Source: a virus (lineage: Duplodnaviria; Caudoviricetes). Taken from it: 33,142 bases of DNA. Positions within the stretch are counted from its first letter, which is position 1. Every line of letters begins with the position of its first letter. Under the pieces are notes generated by a model. That model saw nothing but the letters and a program-made list of their open reading frames with translations. It was not told where the DNA came from and did not search any database. The position numbers and the translations under genes are program-made. This document shows positions 25,604 to 33,142 of the stretch, one piece after another. The DNA is taken from positions 1-33,142 of IMG/VR virus record IMGVR_UViG_3300025381_000061. One strand, written 5' to 3'.

Positions 25604-25994
25604 AGCTCTGACGCAAGTCATGACCCGCATCGCCGTCGCCCTCGAGTCGGCCAATGTAGCACCAGTCGAACAAGTTGTGCAAGCTCCACAACCCGTGGTA
25701 CAAGCGCCCGTTATTGTGGCTGCACCAGCGCCAGCACCTGTTGCTGCACCTGCTCCCGTCATGCCCGCGGCTCCCACCTTCATCGCTCCCGCACCCGTGG
25801 CAGCTCCAGTGGGTGCACCGTTTAACGATGGCAAGGGCCTGATCGAATACGTCATGACCGCCTACAAGGCCATGGGTGCTGAAAAAGGTGCTCAGATCCA
25901 AGGCGTGCTGTCCACCCTGGGCTACAGCAACATCAACGACGTGAAGCCCGAGCACTACTCGGCTCTGTACGCAGGTGTGGAAGCGCTGAAATGA
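25581..25994 (+). CDS. Hypothetical protein typical upstream of DUF2800 genes
   Basis: MSLEAKIEALT..., Ala/Pro linker, C-terminal LGYSNINDVKPEHY. Confidence 0.75.
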   Translation: MSLEAKIEALTQVMTRIAVALESANVAPVEQVVQAPQPVVQAPVIVAAPAPAPVAAPAPVMPAAPTFIAPAPVAAPVGAPFNDGKGLIEYVMTAYKAMGAEKGAQIQGVLSTLGYSNINDVKPEHYSALYAGVEALK

Positions 25995-27301
25995 GCACTC
26001 ACTCGTCACTGTCACCCTCCAAGGCGGTGCGCTGGCTTGCCTGTCCCGGCTCGATCCGGGAAGAGGCCAAGTACCCCGACGAGGAGAGCGGCGCGGCCGC
26101 TGTTGACGGTACTCACTCTCACACAGTACTTGAGAACTGCATCATCGGCGGCCTGGCTGACCCCAGCATCGCTATTGGCAAGAAGTTCAAGGACCATGAG
26201 GGCGAGTTCGTGGTGGACGAAGCGCGCGCTGACCGTGTGCGCCTGGCCATCGACTACATCAAGGAGCGCGGCAAGGAGCTCGGCGCTGATTGTGAAGTGA
26301 TCCCTGAGCAGAAGGTCGACCCGGCGCACTACCTCGGCCGCAAGGACATGTCTGGCACAGCTGACGTGCAGATCCATGCCTTCACCGCCCGGGTGCTCGA
26401 GGTGATCGACTACAAGGACGGCATGAACTACGTGCCCGTCCAAGACAACCCTCAACTCGAGCTCTACGGTCTCGGTGCACTGGCTGCGCTGAAGCTGCCG
26501 ATCAATGGCGACTATCCCTTCGACAAGGTGCGTCTGACCGTGATCCAGCCCAAGCTGCTGCTCAAGGGCATGAACCCGATCAGCCACGTCGAGATGTACG
26601 TGAACCAGCTGCTCGACAAGATCGGCAAGTACGTGATCGGCGGGATGCGGGTGGACGACCCCCAAGCGCCCCTGATCCCTGGCGACGCGCAGTGCAAGTA
26701 CTGCAAGGCCAAAGGGTGCTCCGCGCGTCAGGACAAGGTCATGGACGCCATGGGACTGTTCCAGCCGGTGGCCCAGCAGGCCGAGCAAGCACTCGAGATC
26801 TCGCAGCAAGCCGCTGACAAGGACCCGGCCAAGATGGACGATCAGCAGATCCGTCAGATCATGGAAGCCGCGCCTTTGATGCGTCAACTGCTCGAGGGTG
26901 TGGAAGCCGAAGCACTGCGCCGGTTTAAGGCTGGCCAGAGCATTCCAGGTCTGAAGGCAGTCTATGGTCGCGGCAGCCGCTCGTGGTCATTTGCTGACGA
27001 GGACATGGCCGAGAAGCTCATGAAGATGGGCATCCCGAAGGCGTCGATCTACGAGGTCAAGTTGATTTCACCGGCCAAGGCCGAGAAGCTCACCTGGACC
27101 GCGAAGAAGAGTGGTGTGGAGGTCAAGAAGCAGCTCACTGAGCGTCAGATCAAGACCATGCACACTGAGTATGTAACGAAGATGGCCGGTAAGCTGACCA
27201 TCGTCCCCGAGTCTGATGATCGTCCTGCGGTCGTCATGAACGCTGCACCATTATTCAGTGCAGTGGAAGAAGTACCGGCATTGCCGGATTGGTTAAAGTA
27301 A
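25991..27301 (+). CDS. DUF2800 Cas4-like PD-(D/E)XK nuclease
   Basis: HSSLSPSKAVRWLACPGS, GTADV, VIDYKDG, NPQLELYGLG, CKYCKAKGC. Confidence 0.9.
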   Translation: MSTHSSLSPSKAVRWLACPGSIREEAKYPDEESGAAAVDGTHSHTVLENCIIGGLADPSIAIGKKFKDHEGEFVVDEARADRVRLAIDYIKERGKELGADCEVIPEQKVDPAHYLGRKDMSGTADVQIHAFTARVLEVIDYKDGMNYVPVQDNPQLELYGLGALAALKLPINGDYPFDKVRLTVIQPKLLLKGMNPISHVEMYVNQLLDKIGKYVIGGMRVDDPQAPLIPGDAQCKYCKAKGCSARQDKVMDAMGLFQPVAQQAEQALEISQQAADKDPAKMDDQQIRQIMEAAPLMRQLLEGVEAEALRRFKAGQSIPGLKAVYGRGSRSWSFADEDMAEKLMKMGIPKASIYEVKLISPAKAEKLTWTAKKSGVEVKKQLTERQIKTMHTEYVTKMAGKLTIVPESDDRPAVVMNAAPLFSAVEEVPALPDWLK

Positions 27302-27314
27302 CTTTGGAGTAATC

Positions 27315-27962
27315 ATGTCAGATATTATTTTGTTGTCAGATGTTCGTTTGTCTTTCCCCCACTTGGTCGAGCCCCAAAAGCAAGTCAATGAACAAACGGG
27401 TCAAACCCGTGTGTCCTACAACTGCGAGTTCATCATGCCCCAAGAGCACCCTGGTTTCCAGGCGTTCTTCAAGCGCTACGGTGAGCTGGCCTTGGACAAG
27501 TGGAAGGAGCACGCCAACACCGTGATGGGAATGATCCAGAACGATCGCAAGACCCGCTGCTTTGGTCGTGGTGAAGAGAAGGTCAACAAGAAAACTTTCC
27601 AACCCTACGACGGCTACGCTGGCAACGTGTTCATCACGGCTGGCCGGGACCAAGCTCCCCAGATCATCGAGGCCAACGGCCAACCGATCGATCCCACCAA
27701 CACCATGGCTTACCAGATGCTGACTCGTAAGATGTATGGCGGCTGTCGAGTCAACGCCGCGGTCAAGCCTTGGATTCAGGACAACAAACATGGCCGCGGC
27801 ATCCGTTGCGACCTGATCGCTGTCCAGTTCTTCAAGGATGACACCCCGTTCGGCGAAGGTTCTGTCGATGCGTCTAACTTGTTCGGCGCTGTTTCCAACC
27901 CTGCCCAAGCTATCCCCTCACCCGGCGGCATGGGTCTGCCACCTTTCATGACTGGAGTCTAA
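27315..27962 (+). CDS. DUF2815 single-stranded DNA-binding protein (T7 gp2.5-like)
   Basis: VRLSFPHLVEP, MYGGCRVNA, GIRCDLIAVQFFKDDTPFG. Confidence 0.9.
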   Translation: MSDIILLSDVRLSFPHLVEPQKQVNEQTGQTRVSYNCEFIMPQEHPGFQAFFKRYGELALDKWKEHANTVMGMIQNDRKTRCFGRGEEKVNKKTFQPYDGYAGNVFITAGRDQAPQIIEANGQPIDPTNTMAYQMLTRKMYGGCRVNAAVKPWIQDNKHGRGIRCDLIAVQFFKDDTPFGEGSVDASNLFGAVSNPAQAIPSPGGMGLPPFMTGV

Positions 27963-27963
27963 G

Positions 27964-28152
27964 ATGATTTTTAATTTCTCACACACCGACATCGAGCTGC
28001 GCGAAGTGATCCAGGCTCTCGAGCACAAAATCCAAACCTTGCAGACCCTGTTGCAAAAGATGGTAAACGAGGCCAACGTGCAAGCAGCACCCGCGATTGC
28101 ACAGCAGACCGCTGAGCCAGCTGCTGAAGAGTCGCACGGCGGCTCGATCTAA
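27964..28152 (+). CDS. Small coiled-coil hypothetical protein
   Basis: 62 aa; GGAG RBS. Confidence 0.7.
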   Translation: MIFNFSHTDIELREVIQALEHKIQTLQTLLQKMVNEANVQAAPAIAQQTAEPAAEESHGGSI

Positions 28153-28157
28153 GAGTA

Positions 28158-28249
28158 TGGGGGCTGTTAAGCCAGCATTCGAGGATGTCGACACAGGGAA
28201 TTTTCTGGCTTTCTGCCCTGTCTAGCTGAAGACCAAATCGAGGTCCCCA
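28158..28249 (+). ncRNA. Candidate pseudoknotted structured RNA
   Basis: Closing stem TGGGGGC/GTCCCCA, inner stem ACAGGG/CCCTGT whose loop CTGGCTT can pair with upstream AAGCCAG. Confidence 0.55.
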
Positions 28250-28258
28250 CCTTTAATC

Positions 28259-28324
28259 GGGGGAAACTGTTGATCGGATATGTGGGTGCGCCCGGTACAG
28301 CGCCGCCGATGACACGAGTACCCC
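28259..28324 (+). ncRNA. Candidate structured RNA hairpin with GAA/AGUA (loop E / sarcin-ricin-like) internal loop
   Basis: GGGG-GAAA...GAGTA-CCCC, with TGTT/GACA, ATCGG/CCGAT and GGTGC/GCGCC stems. Confidence 0.5.
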
Positions 28325-28342
28325 ACCTTTTGAGTAAAAGTA

Positions 28343-30181
28343 ATGAGTAATGATTTTGTCTATGACTGCGAAACCTATCCCAACGTGTTCACGCTGGCGG
28401 TGGAACATGCCCAAGCACCTCTCCACTGGCTGTTCGAGATCTCAGACCTACGCAATGACAGTCGTGAGATCGTTGCGTTCCTACAGTACCTCAAGCAGAC
28501 CAACTCGCGCATGGTCGGCTTTAACAACCTGGGGTTCGATTATCCCATCCTACACACCCTGATCCGCATGGGTTACAGCGACGCCAAGACCCTGTACGAC
28601 AAGGCCCAGGCGATCTTTGACTCTCAAGACGACGAGAACAAGTGGTCGCACCAGGTCAAGCCCACCGAGCGTTACGTCGAGCAGCTGGACTTGTACAAGA
28701 TCCACCACTTCGACAACAAGGCCAGGTCCACCGGCCTGAAGGCCCTCGAGTTCAACATGCGCTCAGACAGCATCGAGGACCTGCCGTTCAAGCCCGGCAC
28801 GGTGCTTACTCCCGAGCAGCTGACCGTGCTCAAGCAGTACAACCGGCACGATGTCGCGGAGACCAAGAAGTTCATGCACGTCACCTCGGACATGATCAAG
28901 TTTCGCGAGAAGCTGTGCGCGCTTTACCCAGGCCGCGACTGGATCAACTACAACGACACCAAGATCGGCAAAGAGTTTTTCACCATGAAGCTCGAGGAGG
29001 CCGGTGTGCCCTGCTTTGACTACAGTGACAAGGGCCGCACACCCCGCCAGACCAAGCGGCCGGTCATCCACCTGAAGGATGCCATCCTGCCCTGGATCAC
29101 GTTTAAGAGCCCCGAGTTCACTCGGGTGCTGGAGTGGTTCAAGCAGCAGTCAATCACAGAAACGAAGGGAGTTTTCAATGACATCGTCGCACGTGTCAAC
29201 GGGTTTGATTTTGTATTTGGTCTTGGTGGTATACACGGTTCAGTTGAGAGCGAGGTCATCGAGTCAGATGGAGAAAACCTTATCGTCGATTTGGACGTTT
29301 CTTCTTACTACCCTAATCTCGCTATCGCTAATGGCTTCTACCCAGCCCACCTTGGAACCACCTTCGTCGACATCTACCGCAACCTCTACGAGCAGCGCAA
29401 GACATACCCCAAAGCCAGCGCGGAAAACGCGATGCTCAAACTCGCACTCAACGGGGTCTACGGGGACAGCAACAACCAATTCTCGGTGTTCTACGACCCA
29501 CTCTTCACGATGAGCATCACGCTCAACGGCCAGCTGCTGCTGTGCCTGTTGGCTGAGCTGATCATGGAGTGGACCGATGCCCAGATCATCCAGGTGAACA
29601 CGGACGGCATGACCGTTCGCATCCCGCGGGGCCAGCTCGAGGACCTGAGAAAGACCCGCGTTCAGTGGGAAGCCATGACCAAGCTCCAGCTCGAAGAGGC
29701 GCTTTACAAAGCCATGATGATCCGCGACGTGAACAACTACCTGGCAGTCTATGAGAGCGGCAAGGTCAAGCGCAAGGGAGCCTACGAGTACGAGATGGAC
29801 TGGCATCAAAACGCCGGTGCTTTGGTGGTCCCCAAGGTGACAGAGAAGGTGCTGACCGAGGGCGCGCCGATCCGCCAGACCGTGGAGCAGTGGCCAGAGA
29901 TCATGGACTTCATGCTCCGGGCCAAGGTTCCCCGCTCGAGTTATCTCCAGTGGGGTGAGCAGCAGGTGCAAAACATCAGCCGCTACTACGTGGCCAAGGG
30001 TGGCAAGACCCTGACCAAGTGGATGCCCCCGCTGGCCAAGGACCCGACCAAGTGGCGCGCAATTGGCATCGAGGCCGGGTGGACCGTGCAGGTCTGCAAC
30101 GACATTCGAGATGCTGTGCTGCCAATAGATTTTGACTATTACGTAAAGGAAGTGGAGGCGTTATGTCTGGGACTCGCGTGA
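28343..30181 (+). CDS. Family B DNA polymerase with 3'-5' exonuclease
   Basis: ExoI YDCETY, ExoII GFNNLGFDYP, ExoIII YNRHDV; motif A DLDVSSYYP, motif B KLALNGVYG, motif C QVNTDG, KRKG. Confidence 0.92.
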   Translation: MSNDFVYDCETYPNVFTLAVEHAQAPLHWLFEISDLRNDSREIVAFLQYLKQTNSRMVGFNNLGFDYPILHTLIRMGYSDAKTLYDKAQAIFDSQDDENKWSHQVKPTERYVEQLDLYKIHHFDNKARSTGLKALEFNMRSDSIEDLPFKPGTVLTPEQLTVLKQYNRHDVAETKKFMHVTSDMIKFREKLCALYPGRDWINYNDTKIGKEFFTMKLEEAGVPCFDYSDKGRTPRQTKRPVIHLKDAILPWITFKSPEFTRVLEWFKQQSITETKGVFNDIVARVNGFDFVFGLGGIHGSVESEVIESDGENLIVDLDVSSYYPNLAIANGFYPAHLGTTFVDIYRNLYEQRKTYPKASAENAMLKLALNGVYGDSNNQFSVFYDPLFTMSITLNGQLLLCLLAELIMEWTDAQIIQVNTDGMTVRIPRGQLEDLRKTRVQWEAMTKLQLEEALYKAMMIRDVNNYLAVYESGKVKRKGAYEYEMDWHQNAGALVVPKVTEKVLTEGAPIRQTVEQWPEIMDFMLRAKVPRSSYLQWGEQQVQNISRYYVAKGGKTLTKWMPPLAKDPTKWRAIGIEAGWTVQVCNDIRDAVLPIDFDYYVKEVEALCLGLA

Positions 30182-30348
30182 AGGATGCACCGTATTTTGA
30201 AACTTGGAGCCATGAAAACCTGGCCAAGTTCGCCAAAGAACAGTACGAGCAAAACATTGCTCTGAACGAGGCGCTGGCTCAGCTGCGCCTTGACCTGAAA
30301 GACGCCATCAAATTAATGAGAGAAGCCAATGCTAGAAAAACAGATTGA
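30163..30348 (+). CDS. Small hypothetical protein
   Basis: 61 aa; GGAGG RBS; FETWSHENLAKFAKE plus coiled coil. Confidence 0.7.
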   Translation: MSGTRVKDAPYFETWSHENLAKFAKEQYEQNIALNEALAQLRLDLKDAIKLMREANARKTD

Positions 30349-30610
30349 AGGCGCTGTCTGCGACTACGCCAAGGCCAAGGGCATCCTGGCCTACAAGTTC
30401 ACCTCACCCGCTCGAGCTGCTGTGCCTGACCGCCTGTTCATCACACCTCGGGGCACGTTCTGGTTCTGCGAGTTCAAGCGCACGGGAGCCAAGGCCACCG
30501 AAGCTCAGCAGCGTGAGCACGACAAGCTGCGTATGCACAACGTCAACGTGTTCGTGATTGACAGCGTGCAAGAAGGCAAGTACATGGTTGATTTGATGGG
30601 TGCGTCTTAA
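30329..30610 (+). CDS. VRR-NUC domain nuclease
   Basis: MLEKQIE, KFTSP...VPDRL, FCEFKR.G...Q. Confidence 0.9.
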   Translation: MLEKQIEGAVCDYAKAKGILAYKFTSPARAAVPDRLFITPRGTFWFCEFKRTGAKATEAQQREHDKLRMHNVNVFVIDSVQEGKYMVDLMGAS

Positions 30611-32016
30611 TGCTGACACCTAACTTACTCCACGACTACCAAAAGAAGGCGGTCAACTTCCAGTGCACCCACCCTAACTCGATGCTGTGGCTCGACATGG
30701 GTCTGGGCAAGACCGTGATCACCCTGACCAGCATGGCGCACCTGATCCGCACTCAGTTTCTAAAAGGCGTCCTGATCGTGGCTCCGATCCGGGTCATCCG
30801 GCTGGTCTGGCGTCAAGAGGCTGTGAAGTGGGAGCACACCAAGCACCTGCGATTCAGCATGGTCATGGGCAACAAGGACCAGCGCACCAGGTCTTTGCTG
30901 CGCGAGGCCGACATCTACCTGATCAACTACGAGAACCTCAAGTGGCTATCGGAGACCCTGCACACCTATTTCGTCAGCAAGGGCAAAGAGATGCCCTTCA
31001 CCGGCATCGTGTGGGACGAGATCAGCAAGATGAAAAACAGCGCCACAGACCGGGTCAAGGCGACCAAGAAGATCCTGGACAAGTTCGTCTGGACCACTGG
31101 GCTCACCGGCACACCGGCCAGCAACGGCTACAAGGATCTGCATGGTCAGTTCTTGGTCGTGGACCGGGGCATCCGTTTGGGCACATCGAAGACGGCTTTC
31201 CGCACCCGGTTCTACCACAAGGTCGGGCCGTTCAAGGAGGTGGCCTTTGCTGACACCGAGGAGACCATCAAGAAGTTGATCGGCGACATCACACTCGAGA
31301 TGAGCGCGGAGGACTACAACCCGCTGCCCGACCTCATGGTCAACAACGTGGAGATCGAGATGCCCGAGGCGCTGCGGTCCAAATACGACTCGATGGAGCG
31401 GGAGTTCTTCCTTCGCATGGACAGCGGCGCGGAGGTGGAGATGTTCAACCAGGCGTCTCTTACCAACAAGTGCCTCCAATTCTCCAATGGAGCCATGTAC
31501 CCGGTGGCCGGGATGCCCATGTGGGAAGCGATCCATGATTTGAAGCTCGAAGCCCTTGAGGAGATTATTGACGAGGCCCAGGGCTCACCGATCCTGTGCG
31601 CCTATGCTTACCGGTCCGATGCCGAGCGCATCATGACCAAGTTCAAAAACCTGCGCCCGATCAACCTGACCGAGTGCAAGAGCGAGAAGGATCTGAACAA
31701 TGCCATGACCCGCTGGAAGGGCGGTGACTGTGCGTTGATGATCGGTCACCCGGCGTCGATGGGTCACGGCATCGATGGGTTACAGAAAAATGGCCACATT
31801 CTCGTGTGGTTTGGGCTCAACTGGAGCTTAGACCTGTACGAGCAGTTCAACGCCCGTGTGCGGCGTCAGGGCCAAGGAGCACCTGTCATTTGCCATCGCA
31901 TTCTGATGCAGAAAACCCTGGATCAGGCTCAAGCGTTGGCACTTGACGACAAGGCGCAGACCCAAGCGGGTCTCAGAAATGCAATCAAGCAATACAGACA
32001 GTCAAAAGGAGTTTAG
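30610..32016 (+). CDS. SNF2-family helicase
   Basis: LHDYQ, DMGLGKT, WDEIS, LTGTP, HPASMGHGIDGLQ, QFNARVRRQGQ. Confidence 0.93.
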   Translation: MLTPNLLHDYQKKAVNFQCTHPNSMLWLDMGLGKTVITLTSMAHLIRTQFLKGVLIVAPIRVIRLVWRQEAVKWEHTKHLRFSMVMGNKDQRTRSLLREADIYLINYENLKWLSETLHTYFVSKGKEMPFTGIVWDEISKMKNSATDRVKATKKILDKFVWTTGLTGTPASNGYKDLHGQFLVVDRGIRLGTSKTAFRTRFYHKVGPFKEVAFADTEETIKKLIGDITLEMSAEDYNPLPDLMVNNVEIEMPEALRSKYDSMEREFFLRMDSGAEVEMFNQASLTNKCLQFSNGAMYPVAGMPMWEAIHDLKLEALEEIIDEAQGSPILCAYAYRSDAERIMTKFKNLRPINLTECKSEKDLNNAMTRWKGGDCALMIGHPASMGHGIDGLQKNGHILVWFGLNWSLDLYEQFNARVRRQGQGAPVICHRILMQKTLDQAQALALDDKAQTQAGLRNAIKQYRQSKGV

Positions 32017-32018
32017 TC

Positions 32019-32204
32019 ATGGAAATTAACGACACCACCCGATGCTATCCCCGCACCCTCGAGGAAGCATTCCCCTGGGAGCCCAAGAACGCTGAATGGA
32101 TCGAGAAGTTCGAGGTGCAGCCGCTCGACTACAGCGAATATGTGATCCTTGCTTGTGCGACCATTGTGCTGTTGTGCACACTGGTTCTTGTTTGGAGGTT
32201 GTGA
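32019..32204 (+). CDS. Small membrane protein
   Basis: 61 aa; TRCYPRTLEEAFP and a C-terminal hydrophobic segment; AGGAG RBS. Confidence 0.75.
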   Translation: MEINDTTRCYPRTLEEAFPWEPKNAEWIEKFEVQPLDYSEYVILACATIVLLCTLVLVWRL

Positions 32205-32491
32205 TGAAAACCAAAGAAGCACTGGCACAACCAGAGCCTGAGCCGGTGGCATACCGATACCAAATGCCAGTTGGGGATGGCCATTGGGTTTGGAACTATT
32301 GCACATACCCAGACAACAAAGATGACCCATGTTGCGAACCCCTTTACACCCACCCAAAGGGATGGGTCGGGCTGACGGATGAGGAAACTATGCAAACATG
32401 GGAGGGCATCGTTAAATATACGGCGGGTGAAATGCGAGTAAAAGATTTTGCCCAAGCCATCGAAGCCAAACTCAAGGAGAAGAACACATGA
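32204..32491 (+). CDS. Hypothetical protein, WVGLTDEE...IEAKLKEKNT family paralog 1
   Basis: ATG 32204 with GGAGG RBS; KEALAQPEPEPVA...PLYTHP.GWVGLTDEE. Confidence 0.8.
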   Translation: MKTKEALAQPEPEPVAYRYQMPVGDGHWVWNYCTYPDNKDDPCCEPLYTHPKGWVGLTDEETMQTWEGIVKYTAGEMRVKDFAQAIEAKLKEKNT

Positions 32492-32928
32492 CTAAAGACG
32501 AAGCCCTACGCTTGGCGTTGGATGCGTTGGAGAACCTATTTGGCACTCCACCTACTCAATGGGGTGGAGATGTGGCTGTATGGCGATTAGGCGGTTCATA
32601 TCGGACGCAACAAGCCATCGCCGCCATTAAAGAAGCACTGGCAGCACCTGTGCAGGAGCCTGTGGGGTGGATAAGCAACAAAGACTTTGAACCCATCAGA
32701 ATCAGGATTATGCAAGAGGCTTATGAACTTGCAGACAACAATGACCCTGAAGGCTACAACGCAATCAAAGTAATGTGTGGGGATGTTCAAAAAATGTTGT
32801 CACCACAGCGCACATGGGTAGGGCTGACGGATGAGGAAATACAAGAATGCTTACAAGGTTTGCCAACACAGACCATTGATGTTTACGCAAGACGCATTGA
32901 AGCCAAACTCAAGGAGAAGAACACATGA
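32488..32928 (+). CDS. Hypothetical protein, WVGLTDEE...IEAKLKEKNT family paralog 2
   Basis: MTKDEALRLALDALE...KEALAAPVQEPVG...WVGLTDEE; ATGA coupling. Confidence 0.8.
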   Translation: MTKDEALRLALDALENLFGTPPTQWGGDVAVWRLGGSYRTQQAIAAIKEALAAPVQEPVGWISNKDFEPIRIRIMQEAYELADNNDPEGYNAIKVMCGDVQKMLSPQRTWVGLTDEEIQECLQGLPTQTIDVYARRIEAKLKEKNT

Positions 32929-33142
32929 GACCCAAAGGCCCAGATAGAACGCTGCTGCACTTGTCGATCCCGAGTCACATCAGGCAGCGCCTAGACAATA
33001 TACTGTGGGACCCCTTGGAGAACCGAGTGCCGGTGGGGGCTTACTCGAACTTCTTCATCGAGCGGATCGAGGAGTACACCAACTGGGACATGATCCCCTT
33101 GGAGCAGTTTGGCTTCGAGGAAGATGACTATGTCGCAGGCCC
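32925..33142 (+). CDS. Hypothetical protein (partial, runs off the right edge), possibly RHH-like
   Basis: ATG 32925 with AAGGAG RBS; MRPKGPDRTLLHLSIPSHIRQRLDNILWDPLENRVPVGAYSNFFIERIEEY... open to the window end. Confidence 0.7.
   Translation, partial: MRPKGPDRTLLHLSIPSHIRQRLDNILWDPLENRVPVGAYSNFFIERIEEYTNWDMIPLEQFGFEEDDYVAG

Larger units (their letters stand above)
1..33142. mobile_element. Tailed dsDNA bacteriophage genome segment, podovirus-like
   Basis: Contiguous terminase-portal-scaffold-capsid-tail module plus a phage replication module; no cellular housekeeping genes. Confidence 0.97.

Noticed and set aside
28259-28324. Hammerhead ribozyme (GAAAC and CCGATGA present)
   Set aside because: The core reads CCGAUGA rather than CUGAUGA, there is no UH cleavage site after the CTGT/ACAG pairing, and there is no stem I.
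1-33142. Alternative genetic code, introns or inteins
   Set aside because: Standard code gives dense, tightly coupled full-length genes; TerL, polymerase and helicase are uninterrupted and of normal size.

Overview
The whole window is part of a tailed dsDNA phage genome with podovirus-like (P22 gp4/gp10-type) tail genes. No host genes, integrase, lysis genes, tRNA or CRISPR array are visible. Bases 1-18943 (minus strand) hold the morphogenesis module: probable TerS, TerL, portal, GroES-like co-chaperonin, scaffold, major capsid, three receptor-binding proteins in an AT-rich block, adaptor and tail hub. Bases 18944-19764 are a non-coding, repeat-dense control region between divergent promoters, a candidate genome end or pac site. 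Bases 19765-22891 (plus strand) are an early operon of small genes joined by repeated linker sequences. A Prim-Pol/PriCT-2/DUF3987 primase-helicase lies at 22776-25238 (minus), followed by a plus-strand replication module (RHH, DUF2800, DUF2815 SSB, family-B polymerase, VRR-NUC, SNF2 helicase) and small paralogous genes. The most unusual signals are at DNA level. A ~2.9 kb stretch entirely lacks CAGG/CCTG and TCAG/CTGA. It is followed directly by ~25 strand-polarised YACGCG motifs that cut across reading frames and gene orientations. Two tandem structured RNA-like elements precede the polymerase. Family assignments come from recognising motifs by eye, not from database searches, and all counts were made by hand.
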